DNA of 38,909 bases, taken from the NCBI GenBank assembly GCA_900088475.1, contig FLMG01000591.1, forward strand, positions 1-38,909. The letters are read 5' to 3'. Position numbers and translations under genes: made by a program. Position 1 is the stretch's first letter. Each line of letters begins with the position of its first letter. Positions 21,901-35,688 of this stretch are shown here, piece after piece. The DNA is from Hyphochytrium catenoides. Lineage: Eukaryota > Protista > Hyphochytriomycota. The notes under the pieces were generated by a model. It was not told the origin of the DNA and ran no database searches. It saw only the letters and a list, made by a program, of their open reading frames with translations.

Positions 21901-24900
21901 GCGCTGAAACCAGAACAACTTGACGAGAGAAAGCTATGTCTTCTTTCTGGCATTGGAAAGAAGGTGGCGCCCATCGCTTAACTCTCTTGATTCTAAGATG
22001 CTCATACGATCCTCCAAACCCGTATATTTGCAGCGAGACTCTTTTGTCCTCAGAGTTAGTGGAACAATAGCTTAACGCTTTTGTGGCTGATATGTTCCGC
22101 TCTAGGTCTCTGTGGAAGAGAATTTGCGAGGGCAAATCGCGGAGAAGCTTTGGGAAGTTGTCGAGTCTGATGGGAGGATTAAGGGAAAGGTACACCTCTC
22201 ATCATCTTAAAAAGCTACATTGTACCCATATGAAGCTGCCAATCGACCCAGCAATTCTCAGTCGTCCCGGCCTATTGTCGCGTTTGGATCGCACCCTTAC
22301 TAATCCTTTTCTTAAACCCTAGTCGGACCTAGTGGATACAGCGGTGAATCAGCTAGATGAGTTACTGGAGGAACATGGTGTAGCGCACAGAATTCACCAA
22401 GTCGAACGCTGTCTAACCAACGTCAAGCAAAGAAAAGCTGTACCAGCATCGCTCACGCTCTTCCAGAAGGTATGCGGATTCGTGAGAAAGTATTCTCTAG
22501 GATGACATAACCTATGCCTTGAAAGTCTGATCCCAGTCTCTCGCCCTGTCGTATCCGCTTTCGTGGCTCCTGGACTAGGTTATCGAAGGTCTAAGGAAGA
22601 CACAGTCGTCCTCCTGTGGCACAGAAGACTTCACCGAGAGGATCTTGAAGGATCTGAGTGAACGGTCAGCTCCCTTCCCTCCCTTCAACTGAACTTACTC
22701 GTTCATGTCATTCCTTCCCTTTAGAAGCGCTGACACAACTATTCTCTAGTGATTCCCTAGTTCCGCTACTTCTTAGTGAGCTACAGGAGTACAAAGCCAC
22801 GTGCAGGAAGGAAATGGACTTCACGAAGGGTAAGATAAACTGCAGGATGAACGAAACAAGAAAAGTTTGCGCTTGCCCTTATCCTGGCCCACTTTCCCGT
22901 GTTTGCTATACTCATGGTGGTGTTTCAAAGCACTAGCTACGTGCGGGCCCCTATCGCTTGGACGTAGCCTGACACTTCTCCTACCGTCACCATTGCCCTA
23001 CAGAGCCGCTCGTCTTGGAGGGACGGTCGCATGAAGAGCACGTTACGGCGCGGCTAAGGGCACTCAAGTTTGTCTGCAAGAAGATCCCAGAATCGATGGT
23101 GAAAGAGCAAGTGGATGAGCTTTGGTAGGAGGAAGTCTTCCTTTCACTACAACGAGCGGAGCCTTATTCTTGTCTGTCTCTGTTTCGTCCTCATGTTCCC
23201 CTCTAGGGCTTGCTGTTTTGAAGACGCGATTTCAGAAAAGGAAGAAAGTCTATGCCTTCAATGGCTGGAATTGGCTTGCCAACTAGAGGAAGACGAAGAG
23301 GTAAAACTCAGATCTGCTAACGCTGTTCTCTGCAGCGGTTTTATAAAGTGTGCTCTACATGGCTCTCGATGGCGTCCTATCCACTAGTGTATCGTCGTCG
23401 TCTTAGCCCTTGAGAGTTTTTGCGACTTATTTTGTTGTCCATGAAAAGCGCCAGCTCATTATCGTGCCGTCAATTGCCTCATTGTGTCGTCTGACTCTTT
23501 TATCTCGACAGCCGTATCTATCCTCGTCCGTCCTGGCTTACATAATGGAAGAGAAGCTAGGCAAGGGAGTACGGGCAGATCGATGGACCCTGCAGCACTT
23601 AAGGGTTTTCATAGCCTACTTTCGGTACATCAACAGGACCAAAGGAGGGCTCCAGCTAGTGCAAAGAGTACGCATCCGCGGTTCTTCCCTCTCCTCTCAT
23701 GCTTACTACACTCTGAGATCGGAACTTGCATAGATATTTAAGCTTGGTCATTTCGCCACAGGAAAAGGATGAAGAGGAAAGTGCATCATCCGGCGAAGGA
23801 AGTAAAGAAGAGGACACCTACCTCGTCTTAGACCTTGACCTTGAGGGGCTCCCAACCCTTTGGAGGATCTGTCTCACTGCTGCAAACACCAAGGTAAGAG
23901 ATAGGATAAACTCACTTCTGGGGGACCGGGGCAGTAATAACCCTGCTTTCCAGTTCTCCATTTCCCTCCCTGAAAGTCCCCGCTCCTCTTCTTCACCGAT
24001 AAAGTCTCCTATGACAACTAGTCTCTTTCGTCCTGGATGCCACATTTCCAGTCTTATAGACAAAGACTTATCCATCTTCGCGTTCACAGGTAGCAGAGGA
24101 GGCGGTCAAGACTCTTACGGAGGTGTACATGAACTTAGGACCCGACCTCGTGGGTCAAGAAGAAAATGTGCGTGGGAAGTTCCTTAGCACGTGCATGATG
24201 TTCATGGAAGAGGACACGTCAAGAATGCGACAAGGCGCACGACAAAAGCAGTCAGGAAGTGAGGAGGACGAGGAGAGGAAGCAGGCAGAAGGAAGAGTTG
24301 CACGGTGCATTGAGATTTTGAGAGAGTTCATCTCTGCATGTGGAGAAAACATTGGGCCGGAAGACCTCTCGTCAGACATCAATGACGCCCTAAAGTCGTC
24401 AGAGATCAAAACAACGAGGGAGCCTAATGTCCGATCCCCGTCTCGCTTACAAAGAGTTCCTCCTTCTCCTTCTCCGTCTGGAACGATCAGTAACACTTTG
24501 GGCGTCGCTGGCAGTGACGGTAAGGCACTTGTGTCTCTTCCAAGTTCATACTGTTTTTAAATAGCTATGCATACATACACCTGGACGTAACTGCTGGTTG
24601 TTAGCTACGCCATCCAGCACAGCGTTCATTTGATTTTCCTTAGTCTATTCTACTCCTAAAGTTCCAAAGGCAGATGGCTCTGCAGCCTAATAGCTTCAAT
24701 TGTCCGATCTAGCAGTGGACGCAAATCTAAACTATTTCTGATGTCCACCATTTTCGCCTATATTTCTGATTCAATCAGCAATGTCAAAGACTCCTGCGCG
24801 CGCTGCATTGTTTGCACTTGATCTTGAGAACAAGCCTCTCGTTACGCCTTCGCACCTTGGATCACCTCGGAAATCGCCTCAGCGATCACCTGTCAGGTAT

Positions 24901-27900
24901 CGTCAGACCTCATCTTGTCACCCGTTTCGCTCTCTTTGCTAACCTCATCGAGTGGTTGTTCGTAGGTCTCCTACTCGTCGTCCTACTTTAGACCGTCTGC
25001 CACGTCCAAGTCCAACCAAGGGCCCTCCACTTTCTGAAAAGGACCTCAGCGCTGCCTTTGGCATGGTACCTAGAGAAGGCAACCAAGACAAGGGAGAGGA
25101 TATGAAAGAGGTAAGTTGTTGACTAGTGTCGAGCTCTTAGGCAATGTCGGAAGATGTGTTACTTACCATGAAATGCTGACAGAAGTTCGTCTTTGTAATG
25201 CGCCCATCTACCGAGCCTATCCCTGCCCCGTTAGTGAAGGAGAGGCAACAGGAGGTACGGCGCTGAGAGTAAAATTTTGGGTACACGGAGAGCGGGAAGG
25301 ATAGAAAGAGGGCGCAGGAAATGGGAGGGAGGACAAACGCTCTGACTCATTGTGGGTTTGCGTTTGAGATAGACACAGCCATTCTTGCGGGGAACTGACG
25401 CTTGTGCTTACCTCCATTGCATATGCCTCTGTCAGCTTCCCTCTGACGAAGACAAAAGCCGTCCCAGCCTAATCTTGGCGCATAATCAGAAATACTTTGA
25501 TCAGCTTTTTGCTTTGCTCTCGGATTGCCCTAGGGTCGCAGGTGAGGTCAACAAGGCGGGGAGGAGAGATTATGACTATATAGGAGTCCGACCTGATAAG
25601 ATGATATAGTGCCACTCCTCACGACTATTTACGAATGTTATGCCATGTGCTGTGCGAAAGTCTGGGTCAGTGGAACCAACGCAATCGCGTTGCACGCCCA
25701 TTCACTTGACTATGAAGAGCTCGAGAGACTACATAGGGCCTAAACATGCCCCTCGAGATCTATGAGCGCGGCCGCCCGGGTTTTCAAGACCATGTACTTA
25801 CTTTCCTTAATTTCTACCTCATCGCCTTTCTAGAGCGCGCATGGGATCTCCTCTGCAGTCTGCCTACCAACCGGCGTTTCCTGTTTGAAATGGCGTCGCT
25901 TCAAACGGATAATAGAGCTCTGCCGGTTTGGCGCGAACTTTTGGATGCTTCTAATGTCTACAGGTCAGAACAAGGACGGAGGTTACCCATGCACACAGAA
26001 CCATATAGAACTGCATAGAGCGATGGAGGGATACGATGCTCTCACCTTGCAGTCAAGTCCTTGGCTTTCATGCTTGATGTCGTTCTTTCAGCTCTAGGTG
26101 GCACCTTTTTATGTGTGCTTTTCTTTGCTATTCCCGCTCCCGCTGTCTATGCCTCCCATCACTTTCTCTCTCGTGCTCTCTGTCTTTTTCTTTCTATGTC
26201 TCTTTGTCATAATGGTTAGCGAGTTAGAGACTGTCAATTCACTGTGCTTCCCGTCATTGTGGTGTCCTCATTTGCAGGTTGCTTTATGGGCTCAGAATAG
26301 TTGAGAGAATGCTACCTATAGAGCTGGCTTCATCGTCGACCTCTCTCAATGAGAGTGAGGTTGCACACCGGCTAAATTGGTGCCACCAATTCCTTTCCTT
26401 AGGGGGCTGTGACCATGTGTATGACACGTTCAAGACATGGGTGGAGCAAGAGGTATCATCTAACAGCTCTCATTGAGTAGAATGCGCTATTGGCTCTCTT
26501 GGCTTTGTTATTTGCTCCTTGCTTTTTGTCAACTTTCATCGGTGGATCTTGACTCTGAACTGGCACGGATCTGGTGGGGATTTCTTCACCAATCAGCCGG
26601 CTAAGTCCCTGCTAGGCTGACCTTATCTAATGTTTGCTGCCACTGGTCCTCTCTTTGCATTCGTTCACCAGTCAGCCGACTAAGTCCCTGCTAGGCTGAC
26701 CCTTAGCTAATGTTTGCTCTCACTAACCCCTTCTGTTTCGTTTATCTCCGTCTGCGTGATAATCTAGCCAACCAAGGAAAATTATCTCCCAGATTCCCCT
26801 CTCAAGCAAGCTTGCATAGGCGTACTTCTTAGGATACTTACCTTTTTCCTGAACCTCAGTATTTCTCGTTCGTCCTCCTTGTCATCTGCAGAGGGAGAGC
26901 AACTACAGCCTTTGAGGGTAGAAATCCCTTACTCTACGTCGCACTCTCGCTCTCTATCGGACCAACCCACTGCTATCCTCACCAGACGATTAAGAAGCGG
27001 CCGGCTTCAAAAATTTATCTCTTGTATAGACTACGAAAGGTTGGTAGCCAACGTTGTAAGGACAGCTCTATCGGCCTCTTCTTTCAAGAAAGAAGACGCA
27101 AGAGAAGCTGCTTCTCTCGTGCAAAAAGTATGCAAGGTGGGGCACATACTACATACATGTCAGCCCGCCAGGCGCAGGTTTTCTCATCGTCGCGTTTGTT
27201 TATCCCGCATCTAGCCGATCTGTCGTCTCGTTTTCTAGTGTCTTCTTGCTCTCATGGCTATTGGCACTTCCAAATCGCTAGCTTAGGAATCGCAACGGTG
27301 CTTTGCTCCTAATTCTCACCTTGAACCTCTAGAATTTTGTATGCCCATTCTGACGTCTATTGTTGGTCATTGTCCCTCACTTGTGGGTGTTGGTCATTGT
27401 CCCTCACTTGTGGGTCGATCTCTTTCCTATGCAAGACTTTCCAGCAAGCCGAATTCGCCGTGGCGTCCCCTTCCACTTCCTGTTCCTCTCCAGAACATGA
27501 CAGTGCTCTGGCTGCGTCCATCGACCTCCTGTCTTCAGTCTTTGTGATCCGCTGTGACACGCTCCAGCGCATCCTTGCATCTAATGATATGCCAAGAACG
27601 CTGCTGACGCTTGTGTTAGTGCGAAACAAGTCGAAAGATGGCCGGAGCCAAGCAGGTTGAGTGCAGTGCAAATTGCCATACAATTCCAGCTCTACCTCTT
27701 CATTCGTCATTTTTCGCGCTCTTCTGGCTGACTCGTCTGCTGGTTCTTATCTCAATGTTTGCTATTCTTGGCAGTCACCTTTGCCTGGGCCCGAAGGTCC
27801 CCAGTACACTTTTACTTTTTGCCGACCCCGGTTGCCTCTTCTTCGATAGAGCGCCTTCTTCTTTGTCAATTATTTCTTGGTTCTAACAATTTTACCTCCG

Positions 27901-30900
27901 TGACTCTTTATCTCTCTCTTTATCTCTCTTCAGCCGAGGCAATCTACCGTCTCATCGTCAACCTATCGGAACACGAGGCCCTAGCGACGTCGGGGAGCGA
28001 GACAATTCAGACTTCCGATTCCCATTGCTCTTCGGTCCACGACTACCCTCATGACCGGATAGTGGAGTTGTTGGTAGAGATTCTGCTGCAGGAAAACGAG
28101 AGCGATGAAAAAAGTAGTGAAGAGAGCGAAGAGGGAAACATTGGTCACCTCTTTATTCTTCTTCCAAGAGCGCTATCGCACGCCTGCAGCAGAGCACACC
28201 CAGATATCCTGGAGTCAAGGTACCGGGCACTTCTACGGTCCTTCATAGACAGAATTTTTAGCTTCAAAAGAGCGGAAAGAGGCCCATTGAATACACACGC
28301 CACGGGTGCAGATACCAAGAACAGGGAAAGGTTACTTAGTGGACTTTTAAGGGTCACGAGGTATGCGATAACGGACACAGACAACTTTTTTGTGCCTCCT
28401 TTCCAAGGCTTCCTCCCTAGACATCCGTCATCTGTTGAAGGTCGCCTGTCCTTACACTTACACACTTCGATTGGTAGCTTTCTTGGCTAGCTTTTCATGT
28501 CCTCTTCTGTCGAGTTCCCTTATGGCCGGGTTCTTCCTTCTAAACCCGTTGTCCTTTCCAGGGATCTACTATCTCGTAGGCTCCATTCCATCTCGCGTTT
28601 ATTGGTCCCCCTCTACTTATCCAAGCAGTGTCTGCCTCTCTCTCTAATGTCTTGCGGTTGAGCTTTATCCGGCTATTTTGTGTCCAGTAATGCCTATCCT
28701 TCACTTGCTCCCTTCAACTCAAGCTAACCCCAGCTTTTGCACCCATCTATTTATATCTAGTTCTATGGTCTCAAGCTCTGCGTTCCTCCTGGAGGAAGCC
28801 CTTAGGTATAGCCCAGAGAGCTCCCTTAGGCGGCTTCTGTCCTCATCTTCGATTTCGGCTCTCACATTCTCGACAAGTGAGATCAAGTCGCCTCTAGGAA
28901 GACTCCTTTTTGAGGAGTTTCTTCTGCCTAAAGAGACGAAAGCTGGAAACGATTCCACACTAGCGGCCCCTATCTGTCTCTCTCATGAAGCCAGGGCGGC
29001 TGCTTTTGATTTGCTTTTAGCATTAGGAAGAGGCAGCAACCAAGAATATTTACGACAACTAGTGGGGGCGACTGGCAAGCAGCTTGCTGCTGCTCTTCAG
29101 TGTGCAGAGAACCTTGGCTGGAAAGGAGACGTTCAACCTAGGCACGAGGGCAGAGGTAAGAGCATGGACTTGTGAAGGAGGCAGGGAGTGAGCTGGGAGG
29201 CCCAGCTCCTGTGAGAGACAGCGACAGAGCCCAGAAGTGGCCGTCGGGCAAATGAAACAGAGAGCGCCTTCCCGAGAACCCATTAAAACTCACAAATGGA
29301 GTGACACGAGAACGGTTCAGCAGCACTAGTGTGAGACATCGAAGAGACGAGTGCAGAGAAAGGAAAATGTATTACGTTGAAGTGTATTGGCGTCTAGCAA
29401 GAATAGATGCAACCTGGGCCAGCGGGTCTTAGCGGGACGATCTAGGACCTTTGGCCAGGAAGGGCCCCGCGAATTAAGAACCAGGGGATGGTCTTCCGTT
29501 ATCTCATCTTTCGTTCTTCCCAGGGGGCGAGGATGGAACTGACTATGTTGGACTAATCAATCCGGGCTGCATCTGCTATATGAACGCACTGGTGCAGCAG
29601 CTCTATATGATACCAGCGTTCAGAAGGCATCTCCTTGATGTGCCTGTGTCCGGGTAAGTTTGCCTTCCCCTATGTCTTGACTGATACTCTCTCCTTCTCG
29701 CTTATATATGCACCCTATCCAACTTATTGCCTCCATTTACAGATCTCTAGTTTATTTGCTTTACCACTGCAGCAGTCATGTTTTATTTCTCACTCTCTGG
29801 CATGCCATACCTCACCCAGTGCCATTGATTCGTCTAGTTCGGGGCTTGTTCAGCTAGCTTTCTACGCTTCTCAAACCAACTGAAAACCTTCTCCGTCGAA
29901 CACACATTTGTGTCATACCTCACATCAATATGACTCTGGACAGAGACTACGAGGACAACGTGGACAATGTTCTCTACCAGCTGCAGGTCACCTTCAGTCA
30001 CCTGCTACAGAGCAACCGTCGAGCATATGAGCCATCTAGCTTCTGTTACGCCTACAAAGATGAAGATGGGAACCCTACCGACATCCGGGTGCAAATGGAT
30101 GGAAACGAGGTAAGCTATAGGAAATAGAACCTTTACTACTTGGGTGTGAACATGGCAACGGAGAGCAGTAACAGAAGAAGGCAACAAGATGAAAGTCAGA
30201 GGAGAGAATGACGAAGAGAGAGATGACAGGACGAAGAGAGAGGTGACAGGACGAGAGAATGACGAGGAATTGGAGTAGTGAGGCAAAGAATGGCTATGAA
30301 AGCGGTCATGGCGTTTGAGAGGGGCATAAGCCTGAAAGTAAACCTCTGCAGCTTTATCTCACACGTGCTTTACTTCGTCTCCGACATAGTTTTTCTGTAT
30401 GCTCCTGGATCGGTTAGAGTTCCAGCTGAAGAAGATGAAACCTTCTCGCCTCGACACTATCCAACGTTGCTTCAATGGCGCTATCGTGAACCAGATAATC
30501 TGCAGTACGACGTTCACTCACTCTCTTCCTTCTTGTTAGCTAGCCGCATTTTTCAAGGATCTTAGGCCACTCTATCTTAGCTAGCTTGTTAATAGGCGCC
30601 TTCTTTACCACTTAAAGAAAGCCTCCCTCTGCGTTCCTCCTTGGCCATGCCCGTGTACTCGTAATCTGAGCCTCTTCTCAATCTGTAGGGAAGTGCCAGT
30701 ACGTCTCAGAAAGAGAAGAGCCCTTCTTCGCTCTGAGCCTAGATGTGAAGAACAAGGCAATGGTAGAGGATTCTTTGCGGCTTTATGTTGAGGGAGAGAT
30801 GCTAGAAGGGGACAATGCCTACTTCTGCGAGCGGTGCGACGAGAAGGTAAGGAAATCAGAGGAGATTGAACACATGGGACGTGCAACGCCACCATCACAT

Positions 30901-33900
30901 GGATTGAGGAGGTAAAGATGTAGAGGTGGGCTACCTAAACACAATAGATGGGGTTTGTACCGGAGACGAGAGTTCACGAGAGTAACGAGAATACATATAG
31001 AGCAGACGGTCGTGTCCTGGGTAGGGAAGGGTTCAGCCGACCACTTGGGCATGTAATTCTTTAAGCAACTAAGGTTAGGCACTCACTCTACTCTGCTTGC
31101 AAACCTCTCATAGGTTTCGGCGCTGAAAAGAATCTGCCTCCAGCGTCTTCCTTCTTCACTGGTCCTGCATCTTAAGCGCTTTGAATTTGACTTCGACACG
31201 ATGGCAAAGCTGAAGGTCAATGACAACTGTGAGTTTCCAACGGAGCTTAATCTCTTTGAATACACGAAGGAAGGGATTGACCTCGATCCTGCAGACCAGA
31301 AGGTACGATTTCAAGGTTACCTTGACGGCCAAGGTGAACTGGAGTGACGAAAGAGGGGCAGTGCGCGGGATCAAAGGATGTCTCAGCGTAGGGATCAACA
31401 TACGTTGAAAGAGAATCGGAGGAGATGAGAATAAGAGGAAAGAGAAAGAAAGGTTGTGCGCGGGGTGAAAATTATTCCTCCGGTGGGGGTCATAATGCCA
31501 CCCATCGGTTGATAGGATTAAACTCTAGAGTAACGATTTCGCAGACAGAGGTTAGCGCTGTGATGGGAGCCTCCACTTCTTACACTTCAATGCAAAATTC
31601 TCCATCCAGGCCGCTGCAAGTAAGGACTATGCTTATGCTTTAGTCGGTGTCGTGGTGCACACCGGGACATCAGATATGGGCCACTATTACTCTTTTATCA
31701 AAGAGAGGGGGAAGAGAGGAGAGAGCAGCGGTAAGTTAGGGATTGTACTCATTGTGTAGACAGTGCGCAATAGGATGCATGTCCAGGGTTAGTCATGGAC
31801 CAGTTTGATAGCAATAAGAGCTTAGAAGTGGAAACCCATACTTCTATTCTTAGTTAAATCTCCTACAATTCTCTGTGTGCCTCAAGCAGAGTGGTTTGAG
31901 TTCAACGACCAGATTGTTCGGCCATTTGATCCCAAGGACCTAGGAGAAGAATGCTTCGGGGGTGAGGAGGTGGCAGAGAAATGGGACTCAGCCACGCAGA
32001 CAAACACGCGCTACCTGAGGTCGGTTCGTGCCGGACTGTTTCCTCCGAAACCCCCAGCAGACATCCAGAAGCTTCTCATTTTACACTTCCAGTTCTCCGT
32101 TTTCTCGTAAATAGACGTTTGCTTATGGAATGAACCCTTTGGTCTCCGTAATGTCGTTTGTCTCAGCCATGTTTGCTCTTAGGGAATCCCCTTGCGGGAC
32201 ATACTTAACAGTGTCCGGCCCGACCCCGTTCACTCTTCTTTCCCAGTACCGTCCTCGAATTGCACATGTCTCCTTTATTTTCAAAGTACAATGCTCTGCG
32301 CTGACCCTGTGTCGCTTTCGTGTTTAGAGAAAAGCAGCGTAATGCTTATATGCTGGTGTACGAGAAGATTACGGGAAGAGATGACGCTATCCGAGACCAT
32401 GAGGAGGCTAGGGTACCAGAGAAAATATATCGTGAGGTAACGTTTGCAGAGCGCAAACCTCAAGAGTTTCTTGCGCTTCCACTCATGACGCCCTCCGTGT
32501 TCATGCCGTTATTTTAGCTACTGAAAGTGCTCTTTCGGTTCTCCAACTGCATACTGTTCCTCAACTTTTCCAGAGAGAGAGAAAGAGAAAGAGAGAGAGA
32601 GAGATTGAGGAAGAGAGATATCTGATGACTTGCTCTGCATTGAGCCTCTCCTTGAGTGTTTTTCGGCTGGGGCCCCATTATTCTTGTCGTTGTTAGTCTT
32701 TTCCTCCTTAATTACCATATTCTAACTGACAAGCTCCTAATGTAGATTGCTGAGTCAAACGCAATGTTCCGCGCCGCTTCCTGCATCTATGAGGGTACTT
32801 ATGCTGAGTACATTCGGAAACTACTCGGTACAGTCCATAGTCTAACTGAGAAAGAAGCCGCAGGGGAGAAACCGCTTTCTTCCTCAGTCTCTTCTTTAAT
32901 ATCTCAGGCAACGGTAAGCTGTATATCTTGGACCGACAGGTCCTCCGCTCTAGGAAAGAGGGACGCTAACTTCCCATCTTCTTAGCTCCTCTTCTCCATT
33001 ACATCAAGAGGATTTCCTCGGCTTGCTCTTTTATGTTTTGCTCCTCCGATGCTTCGTATGTGGCTCATGAATCTGACTTCGGTTGGCAGACTCTCGGCAC
33101 GGAGTACTGCCTCAACGTCATACCTCGCTCACCTCGCTGCGAGGAAGAGTTCACAGGTCTCTTGCAGGATCTCAGTCACTTATATGCTGGGAAGGGTGGA
33201 GAGGAAGCATGTCTCTGGTTCCTCAAGACTCTAGCCTCGAATTCTGAGTGGCTCAGGACTCTCCTAATTGATCAAGAGAACCAGCAGTTGAGGGAATCGT
33301 TTGCAGATTTTGTCACCATGACGCTGCGAAAGTTGTTATCTCTATGTACAGACGGGGAAGACAAGAACGAGGAGAAAGGAAGAATTCTATCCGAGATCAT
33401 TGTCTCGTACGCCAGCCACGTCGATGAGTTCGTAGGTGCAGCCTGGAGAAACCCTACAGAGTTCCTAAGCATTGGAATGAGGCTGCTGTCTCTCTCATCT
33501 GCACTATCAACTTGGATTAGAGTGCAGTTCCTTACCCGAACACGCTTTATAAACGACGTAGTTTCTCTATTAGTTTCTCTGGATTCCAGTCGAAGGTTAG
33601 GGGTTGTCTCTCGTTATTTCTCCACCTGACCCTTTCCACTTGATCCTTTAGCAAGTCGTACCATCTGGGACGTTCTGTTTACTTCTGAGCCCAAGTGCTG
33701 CTGTAGAGGGTGAGACTGCCATGTAGCTCTAAACTCTGCCCTGCTCATTCCGCGTCACGCTTTATGGCCTTTGACTTTAGGCAACATTCAAAGGACGAGG
33801 ACCCCTTAAAGACTAAAGAGACTCTCAGCGCTCTGTGCATGCAGCTTCTTTCTTCTCTTGTGCTAAGCACGAAGCGTTCCCGAGGCGGGGACGACGAAGG

Positions 33901-35372
33901 GATAGGGAATGAGGAAGAGCAAGAAGAAGAGCTAATCCTTCCGGAATCGCAGAAGATCTCCTTAGTCCAGCAGCCTTTTATGGCTCGGCTTATTCTCCCA
34001 CCCTCACTTGACCCGGTAAGCCAATTTGTAGCATGCCTATCGCTACGACCTTCGGAGAACTTTCATTCGGCCGCTTCTGCCCCCTTTGCCTTCCTTTGAT
34101 GGAGCTTCTTATGGCCTTCTTGTACCGCTCCCTGCAGACGGCGCGTTTCCTGGTGCATTTAAGCTGGAATGATGATGTGGTGAGCGACAAGGTCATTCGC
34201 TACCTCATAGGCGCAGTAGAGAATGCACAGCCCGAGGAGCTGCCAGACATCCTCAGAATCATTCAGCCAGTAGTGGAGATGCAGGATCAGCTTAGCACAT
34301 TAAGGGTGAGCACATTCTGGAGTCTTGTCCCACGCAAGCTAGTCTTCTTCTCTCGCAAGGTTTCCCCTGAGTTTACTGTTGTTCAAAAGCTGGATAGCCT
34401 GTATATGTTTATCTGGTCTACTATGAGTAACTCTTTTCATTGGAACTGACTTTCATCCTAGCATAGTCATGGAGCTCGCTATATGCTCCTATGATAGCCA
34501 CTTTGGCATGTTGTCTTACCCTGACCTCTGTGCAGGCGGAGGTTCTTTTAGGGGCAAGCGACGGCTTGATGGAGGTTGCTTACTATCATCGCCATAGAGC
34601 AAGTCGGTCCTACTCTCTCCTACTGCTCGACTTCCTCCTCTCTCTCTCTGCTCAGTCATCCCTTCGACCGATAATTATCAACATTCTGACGAACGAGCAA
34701 CTGCTTGACGGCGGCGAAAAGATAAGAAACTGGCTTGTGGGTATCGGTGAAGATGAGCTAAGTGGCTCCTCGATGGTCAATCTCCATAGGTCGCCGCAAG
34801 ATCTGCTAGAAGAGGTAAGTGAGAAGAGGAAATATTGAATGGTGGCTATAAGGATGCGAGCGAGGGTAGCGTACGTGAACGAGAAATTGTATCCTGAGCT
34901 GATAGGGGGACGTAGGGAAAAGAGACGAAAGGGCGTTAGGATGGTATCGGGTGGGCATAAACGGTCTATCCTTGAAGTGAACCCAGGCAGGTGAAGAATG
35001 GTGACCCTGTCGCTCGGTGGGAGATGTAGCAGTCGGAGCGACAAAATTTTGTTCTGAGTCGCTTTGTTTACGTAGGTCGAGTCTCTTCTTGCAAGTGCGA
35101 AGGTTGACCAGGCAAGACAACCAGCTCTGTCAGATGATGGCATCGAAGAAGAGACACTGCTGGCGGCAGATGAAGAAGGGGCAAAAGAGCAGCATCCGCA
35201 TTTAGAAAATAACGCTGGGGCCAATGAGAAGGGCTTGGAGGAGCCGGAAAGCTTCCCAGACAACTATACCTGCCACAAACAGGAAAACGAGGAGGCCCCT
35301 GAGGAAGAAGACAGTCAACAAGAGTCACCCTCTATGGATCAAAATATTGTAAGAATGAGCGCAATTGCTTAG
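18931..35372 (+). CDS. Large ubiquitin-specific protease (peptidase C19), USP9X/USP24/USP34-like, about 41 exons
   Basis: Cys box VGLINPGCICYMNALVQQL (about 29550), QMDGNE|FF, LEGDNAYFCERC, LVLHLKRFEFD, KVNDNCEFP, His box GVVVHTGTSDMGHYYSFIK (about 31650), WFEFND and NAYMLVYE. Family-typical N-terminal blocks include SLERRIAGL, NLHPELVKRS, LEGLPTLWRI and AWDLLCSLPTN. The exon chain is phase-consistent by manual splicing. One donor (22658, GTGAAC) is weak. Confidence 0.93.
20654..20692 (+). repeat. Intronic direct repeat GGTCCATCGCCAATA x2 (period 24)
   Basis: Exact 15-mers at 20654 and 20678. Confidence 0.85.
26585..26724 (+). repeat. Intronic duplication of about 60 bp (period about 79)
   Basis: TTCACCA(A/G)TCAGCCG(G/A)CTAAGTCCCTGCTAGGCTGACC...CTAATGTTTGCT starts at 26585 and at 26664. 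Confidence 0.9.
27361..27415 (+). repeat. Intronic perfect 27-bp tandem duplication
   Basis: TGTTGGTCATTGTCCCTCACTTGTGGG x2. Confidence 0.95.
32573..32618 (+). repeat. (GA)n microsatellite in a USP intron
   Basis: Read directly. Confidence 0.85.
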
Positions 35373-35688
35373 GTCACTGATAGTATTATCAATATTCTAT
35401 GTATAATAGTCCAACTAGCACGTGTCAGTTGTCAGCCAAGTGTATATGGGGCGCTGCTGCCGTAGACACTCTGGACGGGAGGGAGGAAGAGATTGAGGGC
35501 AAGCCTAGACCTACTTTTCTTATATGCGACCATTCTGTGTATGAGGGGACCTATAGGCTGAGAGTGGTGCCACTAGTATTCTTTATTCACTTGTCTGTCA
35601 TAGCCACTCCTCTGTCTTGGCTGGTTAAATGGTTGCGGGGACAGTCCTACTGTTCGAGTGTGAGATGGTGACAGAGAGGACATCGCAC

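Noticed and set aside
31360-31400. TPP-riboswitch-like GCGTAGGGA in a USP intron
   Set aside because: The CUGAGA and CCUGAU core elements are missing, and the host gene is unrelated to thiamine.
34652-35263. 203-aa antisense ORF
   Set aside because: It is the shadow of the last USP exons and has no motif.
13536-35372. CHK2 and USP as a functional DNA-damage gene cluster
   Set aside because: Adjacency of two genes in a eukaryote is not evidence of co-function without conserved synteny or co-expression.
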